Source: the human T2T-CHM13v2.0 reference genome, Homo sapiens
Direction: 5' to 3' (one strand)
NCBI RefSeq assembly: GCF_009914755.1
Contig: NC_060927.1
Length of the DNA: 64,000 nucleotides
Positions 28,804 through 42,299 of the stretch are shown here, in pieces. Made by a program: the position numbers and the translations under genes. The first letter of the stretch is position 1; each line of letters begins with the position of its first letter. The notes below the pieces were generated by a model. That model saw nothing but the letters and a program-made list of their open reading frames with translations, was not told the origin of the DNA and searched no databases.

Positions 28804-29914
28804 TTTGACAGCAGGGGGCTAGGGAATGGGGAATGCTGTTTGGTTGAGTGAGGGATGTAATCCTAGTGGATTGAAGCTGGTTTTCTTGCTGTCTTCTGTT
28901 CCTGAGTGGGATTGCAAAACTAGTTGAGCCAGATTTTATTGGTCTGAGTGATACCAGCTGGTCTGTCAGAATGCAGAGTCTGAAAAATACCTTGAACACC
29001 AGTCTTAGGTCTTACAATAGTAATGTTATCCATGGGAGCAATTGGGGAGGTTAGGAATCTTGTGGCCTCTGGCTGCATGATTCCTGAGCCATAATTTCTA
29101 ATCATGTGGCTAATTTGTTAGTTTTACAAAGGGTATCTGGTCCCTAAGCAAGGAGGGAGTTTGTTTCAGGAAGGGGCTGTTACCATCTTTATTTCAAAGT
29201 TAAACTCTGAACTAAATTCCTCCCAAAGTTAGTTTGGCCTACACCCAGGAATGAACAAGGGCAGCTTGGGAGGCTAGAAGCAAGATGGAGTTGGTTAGGT
29301 CAGATTTTTCTCACTGTCGTGATTTTTGCAAAGATGATTTCATTATTAAAGTTCTTTTGTAAGCACAGGTTTTTTTTTTTGGCTTTTTTTGCCTTATATT
29401 CTCTGTCTTTTGGGAGAAGGAAAAAATCTTTTTTCTTTACTCTCTTACATTTTATAGTTGGGGGCCTACAAATTATAGCGACAAAAGACAGAGTAGCAAG
29501 AGAAAAAATAGATTTGATGGTGTATATATGTACCCAGGAATTCACAAATAAATGTGACTCAAATAGTTCAAATTTTGGGCTTATATACTATCTTATTAGG
29601 GGGTGGAGAGGGTCCTTCTGAGAGAAATTCAGATTGGATTTTTCTTTATGTTGGAGGATTGACAACCCTTGCCTTATCTTGGTCTCCTTCAATGTTTCCA
29701 CAATTCTAGTACAAGCATTTCCCTCAGAAGCCTTCATGCAGCTTCAGTTTATGGGAGACGTAAGGCATATATTCAGTGAAAAATAAAAGATAGCCAGAAT
29801 AAAAATCAAATACAAATTAAAGAAAGGTGAGGTGATGCACACCTATCTTGTTTATATAGTAGCTTAATGAGGTTTTGTAGATTGATTGATGGATGGATAG
29901 GTGGTCAGCTCATG

Positions 29915-30820
29915 GATTCATTTACAAAGGCATATTCAATCTTTCATATGTACCAGGTACTATGCATAGGGGAAACATCTGTTAAGAAGATCAGTGTGGG
30001 CCTTGCTTTTGCCTCTTGCCTAGTTCACAGTCTGGTAAATGAAACCAACATTGTTTAATTAGAATGTAATGAGTGCTTTATAGGCGCTATGAGAATGTCT
30101 AAGTAGGACACCTGATCTAGTCTGGACCAGTTAATGGCATTTTCCTGAGGGTATGCTGTTGGGTCTGAGTTCTGATTTATGAATAGTAAGTAACTAGGTG
30201 ATAAGGGGGTGCAGGGAAGGCCCAGCAGCCCAGGCAGAGGAATCATATGTAAGAAGGCCCCGGAGATAAGGCCAGTGTAGCGTAAAGCACCAAGGAGGGC
30301 CCGGTTATGGGAAATGAGCCAGCGCATGCAGGGCCTCCAAGACCATGGAAGGACATTTTCCTTCATCCTAAATGCAACAGAAAATCACTGAAGGTTTTAT
30401 AAACAGAAGGTGATCAGTTTGGTCTGTTTTCTTAATGTTGCTTCTGGCTCTTCTGGAGAATGGATCGTGGTAGGGGAATAAAAAGAGGTTGAACAGAGAT
30501 GAGTCGGGGTGTTGCAGTTGTCCAGGTGAAAAGTAATAGTAGCTTGGACTAGGAGTACATTAGGGAGAAATAGATTGAAGAAATATTTAGGAGATCAAAT
30601 TCACAAGATAGGATTGGCTGCTAGCTTCTGAAGAGAAATGAGGTGCCAAGAAGGATCCACAGATTTCTGACACAACCACCTGGATGCATAGTGGCCATAT
30701 TGGCTGAGCTCAGGAACCCAGGAGAAGGATAGGCTTTGGGGGTTGGGGCTTCAGCCTATGGGCTAGATTGCCGGACATACAGAGTGCCTGTGAAATAGCT
30801 ATGTGGAGATAATGAGTATC
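29915..30820 (-). mobile_element. L2 fragment
   Basis: Begins with the reverse L2 3' end (cattc...atgtaccaggtact) and continues with typical L2 motifs up to the pseudogene junction. Confidence 0.65.
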
Positions 30821-32815
30821 TACCCAAATCGAAAGGATATTCCTAGCACAGGAAAAAGAGGCCAGAATCTGGAAGACATTACGAAAAAAATCAAAGGTGG
30901 AAAAGGGGGAAATGTCCCTGCAAAGTTCTGAGGAGATGCATCCTCCCAAAGTGGCTCTTCTTCCTGAGGAGGGGTTGCCTGCCCTGGTAGAGTCCGCTGC
31001 TCTCCTTGAAGGAGTTAATACGGTTGTGGTGACAGCTTCTGCCCCAGAGGCTTTGCTGGCCTCCTGGGCCAGAATTGCAGCCAGGGCAGGGATGCCAGAG
31101 GCAGTGAGTGGAATCTCCACAAGAGTGGTGTCAAGTGGCATGTGCTCCACGGGAGAAGTCTCCCTGCAGACACAGATGGTTGGGTTCACCTCCAGTTTCA
31201 TGCTGGACAAGCCTGGGTTCCCGAGAAGCAGGAAGGGAGAGTGAGTGCACGCACGCCTCTTGCTTCCTGCCTCCAATTTTCCACCCCCACACCCTGCAGA
31301 CAGTATGTTGAGCCCCAAATGTGTTCATAGGAACAAGATCTTCAGAAGCCTCCAGCGGAAAAAGAATACCAAGAAAAAGGACACATCTCTGGTAATTAAT
31401 GGCAGAAAGCCCGGACAGTCGAGTCTGTGGTGCTGCTGACAGGTGAACTCTGGTCCTCTCCACACCTACTTATAGGCCATGCAGACTGGTGGGTTGCAGA
31501 TGTTAGCCTAAGACCCTGGCAGTACCTGCTGCTTTGTGGTTTCAGGTAGAGACTCTCATGTTTAAAAATGGAAAAGCATTTTACAAATTACCATTTAATT
31601 CTAGTTAATACATAGAAAAAGTCATTCACACTACCCCCCTAAAATAGAATGACTTCTGCTCTTTTAGGTGGGAACTTCTTCAGCTGAGCATTGGCAACAG
31701 GTTGAGTGAAGAAACAGTAGTTTGTGTCTGTGCTCAATTTCCCTCCTCACAATACTGGTTATTTTAGGAGTTGCTCCATTCCAACTTGTATATTTCATAA
31801 ATTGTAAAGTATTTTAAGTCAAAGAAAGGCCGTTAATATTCTCCCTCCCCAAAATGCATGATTTTTAATATTCAAAATAATGTTTTTCAAAGTTTTCTTA
31901 GTAACCTAAGATTTCTGTGGTTTGACTCCAGGATAAAAACACAAGGCACTTTGTCTGTATTATTTCCACTTATAATTGTTTTATATATTTCTGCTGTTAA
32001 AAATGTTTAAGATCGCTTCCCACTCATAAATATATAATACATTGAACTTAAAATATATTTGTTAACCAGTTCTCCAAAAATAAAAATGAAACGTGTATAT
32101 AAAATAATTCATTTGTTATATTTAGGGAACTGTATTCATTGCAATGTAAATAATTGTTAGTGTTCTTCACTGAAAGGATTAATCCAAAAAGGATGATTTT
32201 TTTTTCATGATTCATTTGCTTATTTTTTTGTTTATTAGTTGGTGGTATGGGTTGGATCATTTGTTTTAAAACCACTTGTTATATGATTGACATACAAAAA
32301 GCTACACGTATTTAATGTATCAAATTGAGTTTAATTTGTAATTTTTTATGTACTTCCTAAATTTGTAGTCCTGTGAGTCTTAGGACAGATCTGTTTTTCA
32401 CTTGTCCTGTGTTTTAATGTCTGTTTCCAACATTGCTTTATTATTACAAGTAGGGGATTTTTTTTTTTTGCCACTTTAATGAAGATACAAAAAATAATGC
32501 GCTGAAAGGAGTGGCGGAATTGGAAAATTTGTAACCATCATGATATGGAATTAATAGGTTTGGGAAAGAATCCTCAAAAATATTAAAGTGAAGGAGGAAA
32601 GTTTGTTAAGAAGCAAGATGGTTTTATGGTCTCAGTGTTAATAACCTCCCGCCTGCCATTGGTTGTTGGTGGTCAGAATTGTTCAGTGTAATAAACAATA
32701 CACACATTTTTCCCTTAAAAAAGTTGTGCAGATTATTTTGTGTTTTGTTTAGTATTGTGATGATGATGCATTCTTTTGTAATGATATGAAAAGAGAATAA
32801 AAGTCCTATCAAGAT
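30821..32815 (+). pseudogene. 5'-truncated processed pseudogene of DPPA4 (C-terminal CDS plus 3'UTR)
   Basis: Successive frames give YPNRKDIPSTGK / EARIWKTLRKKSKVEKGEMSLQSSEEMHPPKVAL...[29 protein letters not shown] / [35 protein letters not shown] / [12 protein letters not shown]...[11 protein letters not shown], matching the DPPA4 C-terminus as I recall it. Intronless, several frameshifts, CDS-like part ends ~31365. AT-rich UTR-like sequence follows, with an AATAAA near 32797. The 3' end is uncertain. Confidence 0.88.
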
Positions 32816-34304
32816 GCAAATTCAAAGAACAGGTTATTTCATACAGAAGGTGTTTCTTTATAGTTAGACTTCAACTACTTTCCCCGATAACTTGATTTAA
32901 TATGAAAGCTGGTTCTGTGAGGCACTCCTCACGTGAATCAGTGTTAGACCTTCATAGTCATAAACTCAGAACATGTGGTCCTAACACATTACCTACTAAT
33001 AAATAGGAGATCAGCTGTGGACTCTAGATTTCCTCATCAGCTCACATATTTTTAAATGGTTTATTTTCATCCTCTTTCCTTTGAAGATAGGACTCTAAAA
33101 GGTCTGTCAGGTGATCCACTTCTGTTTCCTATTTAACAGTACCTCCATTCATCGACAGCTGCTAAAGTCATCTATATTAAAAGATCTTTAAAGTCTCTCA
33201 GCATTCAAGAAATAACTTAGGCATCTTTTTAGAAGTATTATACATTCTTAATCAATAAAGCCTGTGTGTCTTGAACATTTCCTAGTTAGCAGTAAAACAC
33301 TTAGTTTCTCTTTATAAGATTTTTCTTTTAATAAAATTACTTGCATTTTGACTTATGCCCTTAAGTTTCTATTTGTTGTCTAAATGGCACCATTTAAAGT
33401 GTTTTAAGAAATTTAATATTTCTTTATTGGATTAGGAGAACATATCTTTAAGGAAAAATTACCCTCTTAGCAGGTGATTTACAGTATTATTTTCTCCTGG
33501 CCAACCTTTTTAAAAATCCAAAATATGTGCCACCTAGCTTTTTAAAAGTTTCATTAGAATTAGTTATGTATTATGACGTATTTGTGAAGTATGTAAAGTG
33601 CTTCAGACAGCACGTGGCACATTGTGATCACTAAGGGTTTGCCATTATTATTCTTACCTTGATTTTAAAGACGTGAAATATGGATATGTGACTTTTTTGG
33701 TTTTTACATTGGAATTTCATATTAAGTCGGTGGCCCTTTCAGTAAAATAAGAGCTTACTGTAAAGTTCTCTGCAAAAGATTTTCCATTTTCATATTTAAT
33801 TTGCATGCATACCATAATTTTTATTTCTCTCCTCTTGGAGTCTCTCTGTAAATTTCTTTTTAATGTGTCATACTTAAGGACCTCTTCATTTTCTTAAAAT
33901 TCTGCATCCTTCTGTTAACCAAACACATTTAGAAAGTCATTCAAATTTTATGCTTGTAAGTGGTACTGAATTGGAAAACCAAAGGATTGTTTACCCCAGG
34001 AGCAAGTTGGAGTGTGTGCCTGCTTAATAATGAAAAACATTGTGATCAGTTTGCTTTTAACTAGTTCTCCCTTTTTTTTCCCTATTTCCTTACCCCTAAG
34101 AATGAATATAAGTGTTAGACAACGTTGAGATCAGTTTCCATTAGAGTTTTAAAAGAAATTTTTCTATTATAAAGGAATTGGATATTTATTACATTTTTAA
34201 ATGTAAGAAAATTGAAAGAAGAAAGGCACTAACAGACACGAAAAGACCATTAGTATTTTGTGACAGATTGTTCCAATTTTTTTCCTCCTACTTTATTCAA
34301 TTTT

Positions 34305-34417
34305 ACTTATTTGTTTATTTATGAGCTAGAGCCTTGCTCCATCACTGTTACCTCGAACTCCTGGCCTCAATCCATCCTCCTGCCTCAGACTCCCAATGTG
34401 CTGGGATTATAGGCATC
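34305..34417 (-). mobile_element. Degraded Alu monomer (FLAM-like)
   Basis: ctcgaactcctggcctcaatccatcctcctgcctcag...gctgggattataggcat. Confidence 0.65.
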
Positions 34418-36487
34418 AGTTTCTCCAATGCATTTTAATACTGATGTAGGTAGAGATTATAAATTAACTTCTAGATTTAAAAGCTATGGTATTGATCTTT
34501 ATAACTGCTTTAGCATGTTTTTTGTAGGGATCTAATCCGTCAGTAAATAATCACAGAGAACCTCCTATGTGCCAGATGCTGTTCTAGGGGCTTTGATTCA
34601 TTAGGACACCCTACTGTCACCCCATCCTTACCTTTATGCTTTCTGCTCATTTTTCAGTACACTCTTGACATCAGGAGCTTCCAGTAAGTTAGCCTGGCAG
34701 ATAGGATGCAGTTTGTGTGAGAGAGCAAGCTGTCAAAAGTGACTCCAGGGTCTGCTTTGGCCTATACAACTGGGCCTATATAGTCATCTTTAAGATGGAG
34801 AAACTGTAGGTAGAGCAGGTTTGGGAGGAAGATTAGAAGTTGAGTTTGGACATGTTTAGTTTAACATATCTATTAGACAACCTAATGGAAACGCTGAGTA
34901 GACAGGGAAAAACACTGATGTTCCAATCAGATGTGACAACAGGTCAGCCAGAATTTTGCACAATTATCAGGATTATTTAAATGTTGTATATGTTATATAT
35001 ATGTGTGTGCGTGTTAAATGTTAGTGTACAACAGGAGTAGGATATATATAAAATATATTTCATGTGTGTCTGTTCATATCTGCATCTATATATTTCTGTG
35101 TATTCTACCTCTGTTGTAGGCAGTGTGCTTTATCCTAACTTGTGCCTTGAGATATTAGCTAACAATGATAATATCTATATAAGTGATCCTTAAGTAAATA
35201 GACAAATGGTGGGGTGGGGGGAGTGGGTAGGCATTTTTTTTTTGTCAGAATACACGAAGTTTGTAAACTGCTGAAACATCCACACAAACTTTTGCCCATT
35301 CAAAAAGTTAAATGAATGCCATGAATGATTCTGTCTATAAATTTTTTAAGTAACACTTCCTCAAATATGAAACTTTCTTATAAGAAAATTCTTTTGATAC
35401 TGGAAGAACCACACTCATTTGCAAGGAATCAGATCCAAGATAAACTACCAGCCTATAGCTGTTTGTCCTTCAAGAACAGAATCCATGGGAAAATCTTGGT
35501 TACTCCTTTTCTTGGGTAGTGATTTGTGAGAGTTTGTATATCTCAGTCATTTTTTAAAACCTTAGATTTATTATTAATATAATTTAGATATTATTTACAT
35601 ATATGGAAACTATCTCTTCTTTTAAGAGAGCCTTATTTAAAGTGCTTATTAATTATTGTTTAGTTTTTATATCTATATATAACTCTGGTACTATGCTATA
35701 TCTAAACTTCTGGGTTTTCTAGGGCAAAAGTAATTGTATGAGAGTAAGAAAAGTTTTTTCTTTCTCCCTTCCTCCCTTCCTTTTCCCGTGTTTCCACCAA
35801 GTTATTTTTTCTTTTACTGTATTCACCAGTACTCTTAAGGAATGTTGATTGATACTGCAAACAGTAGACATCCCTAGGTAGTTTGAATTTGTATTTCATT
35901 TAACTGCTGTATTTTAGTTTGAGTATTGGTTTGTGATATACTGTTTTCATAAAGCATGGCTTTTGTTGTTACTTAATACCCTTTAAAAAAATCCCATTTA
36001 GTCATTTTAACCTTTTAAATCTCATTTCCATGCCTATCCTTTTATTTCCAAGACTTCTTTATTTTGTTTTATGTGTGTGTGTTTTTTAAACAGAATATAG
36101 ATAGGTCTTTTAATGGAATAATTTACTTTCTTCATGTGTCATATAGTTTTTTCTTGCTTTCTTTGCTGCATATTTTAACTTGCAGTTTGTTATATCTGGT
36201 TTTTGCTGGTTTGATCAATTTATTTTGGGTTTCTTTTTTAAAAAATGTCTTGTTACTTTGGAAATTCTACTGTATATTTCCATTCCATTAATGGTGATCT
36301 TTTCTTTCCCTGTACTCAGAAATGTTTATATGCCATTATTTAAAAATAAAACATGTGACTTTCCCCACCAACTTGTCTTTGCTATAATAACTTCTGTCTC
36401 CTGCTTACATCCCTCCTCAGTAAGGTGATAACTTTGGAATATTTTCACTTTCCTCTTGTTCAGCTTTCCCCACACCCAGCCAAAAAG

Positions 36488-36808
36488 TTTTTTGTTTTTT
36501 TTTGTTTGTTTGTTTGTTTTTGAGACAGAGTCTCGCTGTGTTGCCCAAGCTGGAGTGCAATGGCACGATCTTGGCTCGCTGCATCCCCCGCCTCCCAGGT
36601 TCAAGCAATTCTCCTGCCTCAGGCTCTTGAGTAGCTGGGATTACAGGTGCGCGACACCAAAAATTAGCCTGGCTAATTTTTGTATTTTTGGTAGAGATGG
36701 GGTTTCAGCATGTTGGCCAGGCTGATCTCGAACTCCTGACCTCAGGTGATCCACCTACCTCTGCCTCCCAAAGTGCTGAGATTACAGGCGTGAGCCACCA
36801 CAGCCTGC
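36488..36808 (-). mobile_element. Alu (S-type)
   Basis: Reverse dimer, TSD ccagccaa(a/g)ag. Confidence 0.92.
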
Positions 36809-37023
36809 CTCCAGCCAAGAGGTTTAGCATGCACCTACTCCTACTGTGTTTAGCCCTTCTTCCAATGCTTTGATATTCCTTTGACAGTTTCATACTTTCA
36901 ATTCAGTCCTTAGCAGATAATACTTTGCCGTACATCTGTTTTGTTTCAAGTATTCTTATTTAGAATTTATTACATGTTGCTATAACAATTAATAGTACTC
37001 ATTTAGATTGATTGTATATAACT

Positions 37024-37110
37024 ACCATATTTCATAAAACTAAAGCACTTTTTTTTTGCATTTTAGCACCTCTGGAATTGAGATGTGCCTTACAATTGAT
37101 GATTTTCTAG
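37024..37110. mobile_element. MER104-like TcMar relic
   Basis: ccatatttcat...cattttagcacctctggaattgagatgtgccttacaattgat. Confidence 0.45.
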
Positions 37111-37146
37111 AATTAGACTTAGAAGTGTAATTTGGCAGCACTTGGA

Positions 37147-37283
37147 TTTTCTTTTTTTATTTTTGTTGAGATGAGGTCTCACTGTGTTTCCCAGGCTGGT
37201 CTTGAACTCCTGAACTCAAGCCATCCGCCTGCCTTGGCCTCCTAAAGTGCTAGGATTACAGGCATGAGCCACTGTGCCCAGCC
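37147..37283 (-). mobile_element. Alu monomer (FLAM-like)
   Basis: Single left arm with T-tail. Confidence 0.8.
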
Positions 37284-38699
37284 AGTGCTTGAACTTTAGT
37301 ATCTATCTAGTGGAATAGATACAGATACATGAAACTGTGTATCTATAGAGAAAGCAGGTTCAGGCACAGACAGGGTTTACTTCTTGCTGCTCTTGTCTCT
37401 CCTGTCCTTCCCCAGAGGTCTCTAATTCATTTGTCCCTCAATCAGAGATCTTTTTCAGGTGTTTTTCTATATGACATATGTGGGTGGTGTATTTTCTGAG
37501 TATCCATACATACACTTTTTTTTCAGGACAAGTGACAGATGTTGTGTTTGGGGTTTGCTACTTTTCTCTTAGTATTTTGCTAGAGCCATTGCTATGGCTT
37601 CCATTGTCGCGGGTGAGAAGTCTGATGCCTCTGATTTTTTTTTCCTGAAGTACTATGTTCTACCTACCTGTAAGCTTGTAAAAATATTTTCTTACAGAGT
37701 CAGGAATTTAGTAGGATGTGTCAAGATCTGTGTGTAGAATAACATGAGCTCTTTTAATCGGCAGACCAAGGTCTTTCTTTGGCCCAAGCAAATATTCTTC
37801 TGCTTTATTACTGCCTCTCCTCCGTCTTTTCATCTTTCTTCAGCTGGTACTGCTGTTCATCTTATTAGATCTGTCCTCCAAGTCTCTTATCTTTTCTGTC
37901 GTCATTTCTATTTTGTTGCTTTGAGCTGTTTTTTCCATTTGACCTTCCAGACCACAAATTTGGATCTTCGTCATGAGCCATTCTTTCCTTCATTTAATCT
38001 ACTATATGGTTTATTTGGAAAATCATGTTTTTAGATGTGGGAAAGCTTCTCTCTGCTGTAGTTAAATCTCCCCAGTGTCCCTTAATTTTTCCGACTCATA
38101 CTGGCCTTTCTCTCTCCAAGCACCTCTGTTTGATTTGGGGTTTATTCCCTTCATCTTGACCCCTGTCTTTCTGGATGCTCAGCCTCTTTATGTGTTGTTG
38201 TGTTTTCTTGGTCAGCTTATTAGGACCCAGGTCTGATTTTGGCCTCTAATGATTCAAGGAGATGTAGATGTTCTGCCTTCCCTGTTCCCCACCCAAGGGT
38301 CATCAGATCTCTGTGGGCCAGGCTTTTCTTAGAACCGTTAGTTTATGGTCCTTGTTCTAGGGTTCAAAGAGGCTTGTCTCCAGATACTTGTCCAGAACCT
38401 AGAAAAACAAAAAACAAACAAAAAACACACACTCCAGTTCCCTCCTCTGTATTACAGAGAGTGCAAGTCTTCGCTTCCATTTAGCTGTCTGCAGGTCCCG
38501 GGGCTGTGTTCTGTTGCAGCAGACAGATTGAAAATGGTAATGGAGGTAAAGGGAGGTGAGTTTGTGTGTGACTCTTTCTGGAATCTTTTTGGGCCTAGAT
38601 TTTTTATGTTTTCATTCCCTTAACAGTTGTGGATCTTTTGTCTAGACTTAACAATAGTAGGTAAAACAGCATTTGGCATGGAAACTAGAAGACCTATAG

Positions 38700-39452
<753 letters not shown>

Positions 39453-42299
39453 ATCTGGTTTAATTTCTTGTTTCTCCTTTTATTAGCTGATACTTATTTT
39501 TCCTACCAACTTTAAAAATCTGTATCAGATCCTACATTCTATTTTCTATCTCTCCTGATTTATCTCTTAATTGGCTGATATAAATGAACTGTTGTAATTG
39601 GGGTCAAACACTGATTACTTGTGGTAGAGTGTTTACAAGTTATATAATAGGTTCCAACCTGTGTAACAACTGGGGAAAAAAACAGTAAATTGGGGGCAGT
39701 GTCTTGTGGCTGTTAATTGCCCATTTATTAAATGCCCTAAATTCTGCTCCAAATTATGGTTGTGAAGCATGGCTTTTCTTTAAATGTATAAAGCAGATTA
39801 TTTGTAGATCTCAACATCTGGATGGTGGTGCTGTTTTCTATTATCATAAATAAGAATTAATTGGGAAAGCATTTATGGAGTGACTTTACAGAGTTGGGAA
39901 TTCCTGGGATGTGTATCTGTGCATATTTATCTGGCCTGTTGGATTAACTGACGAATAAATGTAAAGAATGGGATTTATTTTTGTGTTTTATCCTTTTTGT
40001 ATATAATTGATATTCACTTTTCTTTGGTCTTAGTATTCTGCTCTCAACACACTGTTCTAACAAATATTGTAAATCAGCAGTAGATGAGTAGAAACAGTAA
40101 TATTATTCCTTGGACCATGAGCCACAAGACCCGGGTTCTCCCCTAACTCTTTTAGCCTTATCCCCTCCCTTTTCTTCATCCCTTTCTTTGCCTTTCCTCC
40201 ATTCACTGATGTAAGAAATACGTATCGAGTGTCCTGTTAGGTGAGATGCTGGATGTGATGAGAAGTAAGCCAGACACCTCCCCTGCCTGCCTTATCAAGC
40301 TTACTGTCTTCTCTTCTATTCCTCAGCCCCTTCTGTCTTCCGACCATACAGCAGTATAAATTGGTCCATGCTGCATTACTACTAAGCCTCCTGGTTGCCA
40401 TCTTTTGTTAACAGGGCTGCTTTCAAAGGTGCTTTTAATACTGGATTGTTATGGGAAAGTTGGTGGTGGTGGGGAGGGAAGGAGGGAGGAAGGAAGGAGA
40501 GTAGATGAGTAGGCAGGTGAGAAAGGAGGAAGCTATGGAGCTGTTCACAGGGCCTTAACCACCCAACAAGCTGCTTTTTATTAATGTTTTTCATGATTCT
40601 TTTCTAATTGTAATTTTGCGTAAATGCACAGAGGATGTATCTATACAAATGATTTGAATATTAGATGAGAACCTTTCTTGTTCCTGGCTAGGTTTTAAAA
40701 TGTTATTTTTTAGAATTTGGGAAACCATCAATTAAAACATCTTTGGTACCAGAAAAATTGCTCAGAAATAGGGAAAGCCTGGATAAATAAGCATATGCCT
40801 TTGTTAACAAGGACATTTGATAGAATAATAAGTAAAATAAAATCTACCTTTTATTGTTGTGTTTCTTGACGCATTGGTCATTCATTTTTCCTCTCCCCTC
40901 TTTGTTATCTCAGTAAAGAGATGCTAAAATGTGCTGCTGAAAGGGAAGGAAAGTTGGGGGTGGGAAAGACAATGGAACTGTACACAGTGATGTCATTCTC
41001 AGCTGCAAGAAAAAAATCTTAAGGCAACCGGATTATATTTGATAAAAGATTAAAGTTGCATGCAAATTCTAACTAAAAACATCTGTTTCCTGACCCTGTG
41101 CGAGTTCTAACGTTTTGATAGGAATTCTGGTTTTGGAATTTCTGAGTCTTAAGTTTACCTTCCTCAACTACTGCCTGGCTATTTTCTTAAAGGACTGAAG
41201 TCAGTACTGCTTAACATACTGGAAATGACTGTGAATAACCAAAAATGAACTTCCTGGATTGCTTCTTACATACAAGAAGTTTTCAGGTTTCATGAACAAG
41301 AATCATCCTGATTGCCGAGTGACAACTTTAAAAATTGTGGTGTGATACAGAGTTCATTCCAGGAAGCCAATGAAAATAAGTGGAACATATGTATATGTGT
41401 GTGTGTGTAGAATTAGTAATAGATTTTTAAGAACTTTTCAAGTGTTCCTGCTTTTATTAAGAACCTCAACTAGCAAAAATTGTTCCTTTTTAAAACTTTA
41501 TTTTTAGGTGAGGTACAACTTGTATCTACTGTGACATCGTATTTTATATTTTGCTAAATCAGACATGTGTTGGAAAATCTTGATACCATAATTGCACTGT
41601 ATCAGTAATGCTTACAGACTCCTGGAAATAGGATGAAATCTAAAAGCAAATATTGAACATTAGCTAGGGGATCAGTTTAAATTGAATTTTGCATTACAGT
41701 CACTCACTTCAACTGTGAAAGCCAGTGTAATTTTGTGATTTTTCATTTTGATTGATTTGTTAAACTTGATACCCAACAGCAGCAGATTTCTTTGTGTTCT
41801 GATATACCCAGATGTTCACACTGGGCATTTTCTAAGGATGACTGTACTGTGAAAATGTTAACGCTTGGTCTTAGCCTACCATGTTAGTGTGAGGTATGTT
41901 GAGGAATATTTACAGACTGTATGATACAGCTAGAATGTCCTACACATTAGAAATGATTGATTAAACAAAAGTTGTGTTTTATGAGGAAGAAAAATAGAAA
42001 TAAGCCATCAATGAGGGACAGTTAAATATTATGAAATTCTCTGCATTAGAAAGAATGATAGATCTATTAATATATTAATCAACATGGAAATATCTAAGAT
42101 ATTGTTTAGGGGGAAAAAATCAAATTTTGGAACACATGCTAATGTTTAAAACAAACCCCCAGAAATTAAAACCTAAAACTAAATGTGTTGAGATAAATCA
42201 GAAGATTTATTCCAAATTGTTAATGACAGTTAACTTTGGTTGAACTTCTGTATATTAATTTTAATAATGCAAATGTAGTCATGCTTTACACATACACTT

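Noticed and set aside
30710-31318. 202-aa minus-strand ORF, the longest non-L1 ORF
   Set aside because: Antisense shadow of the DPPA4 pseudogene running into L2 sequence; no recognisable protein.
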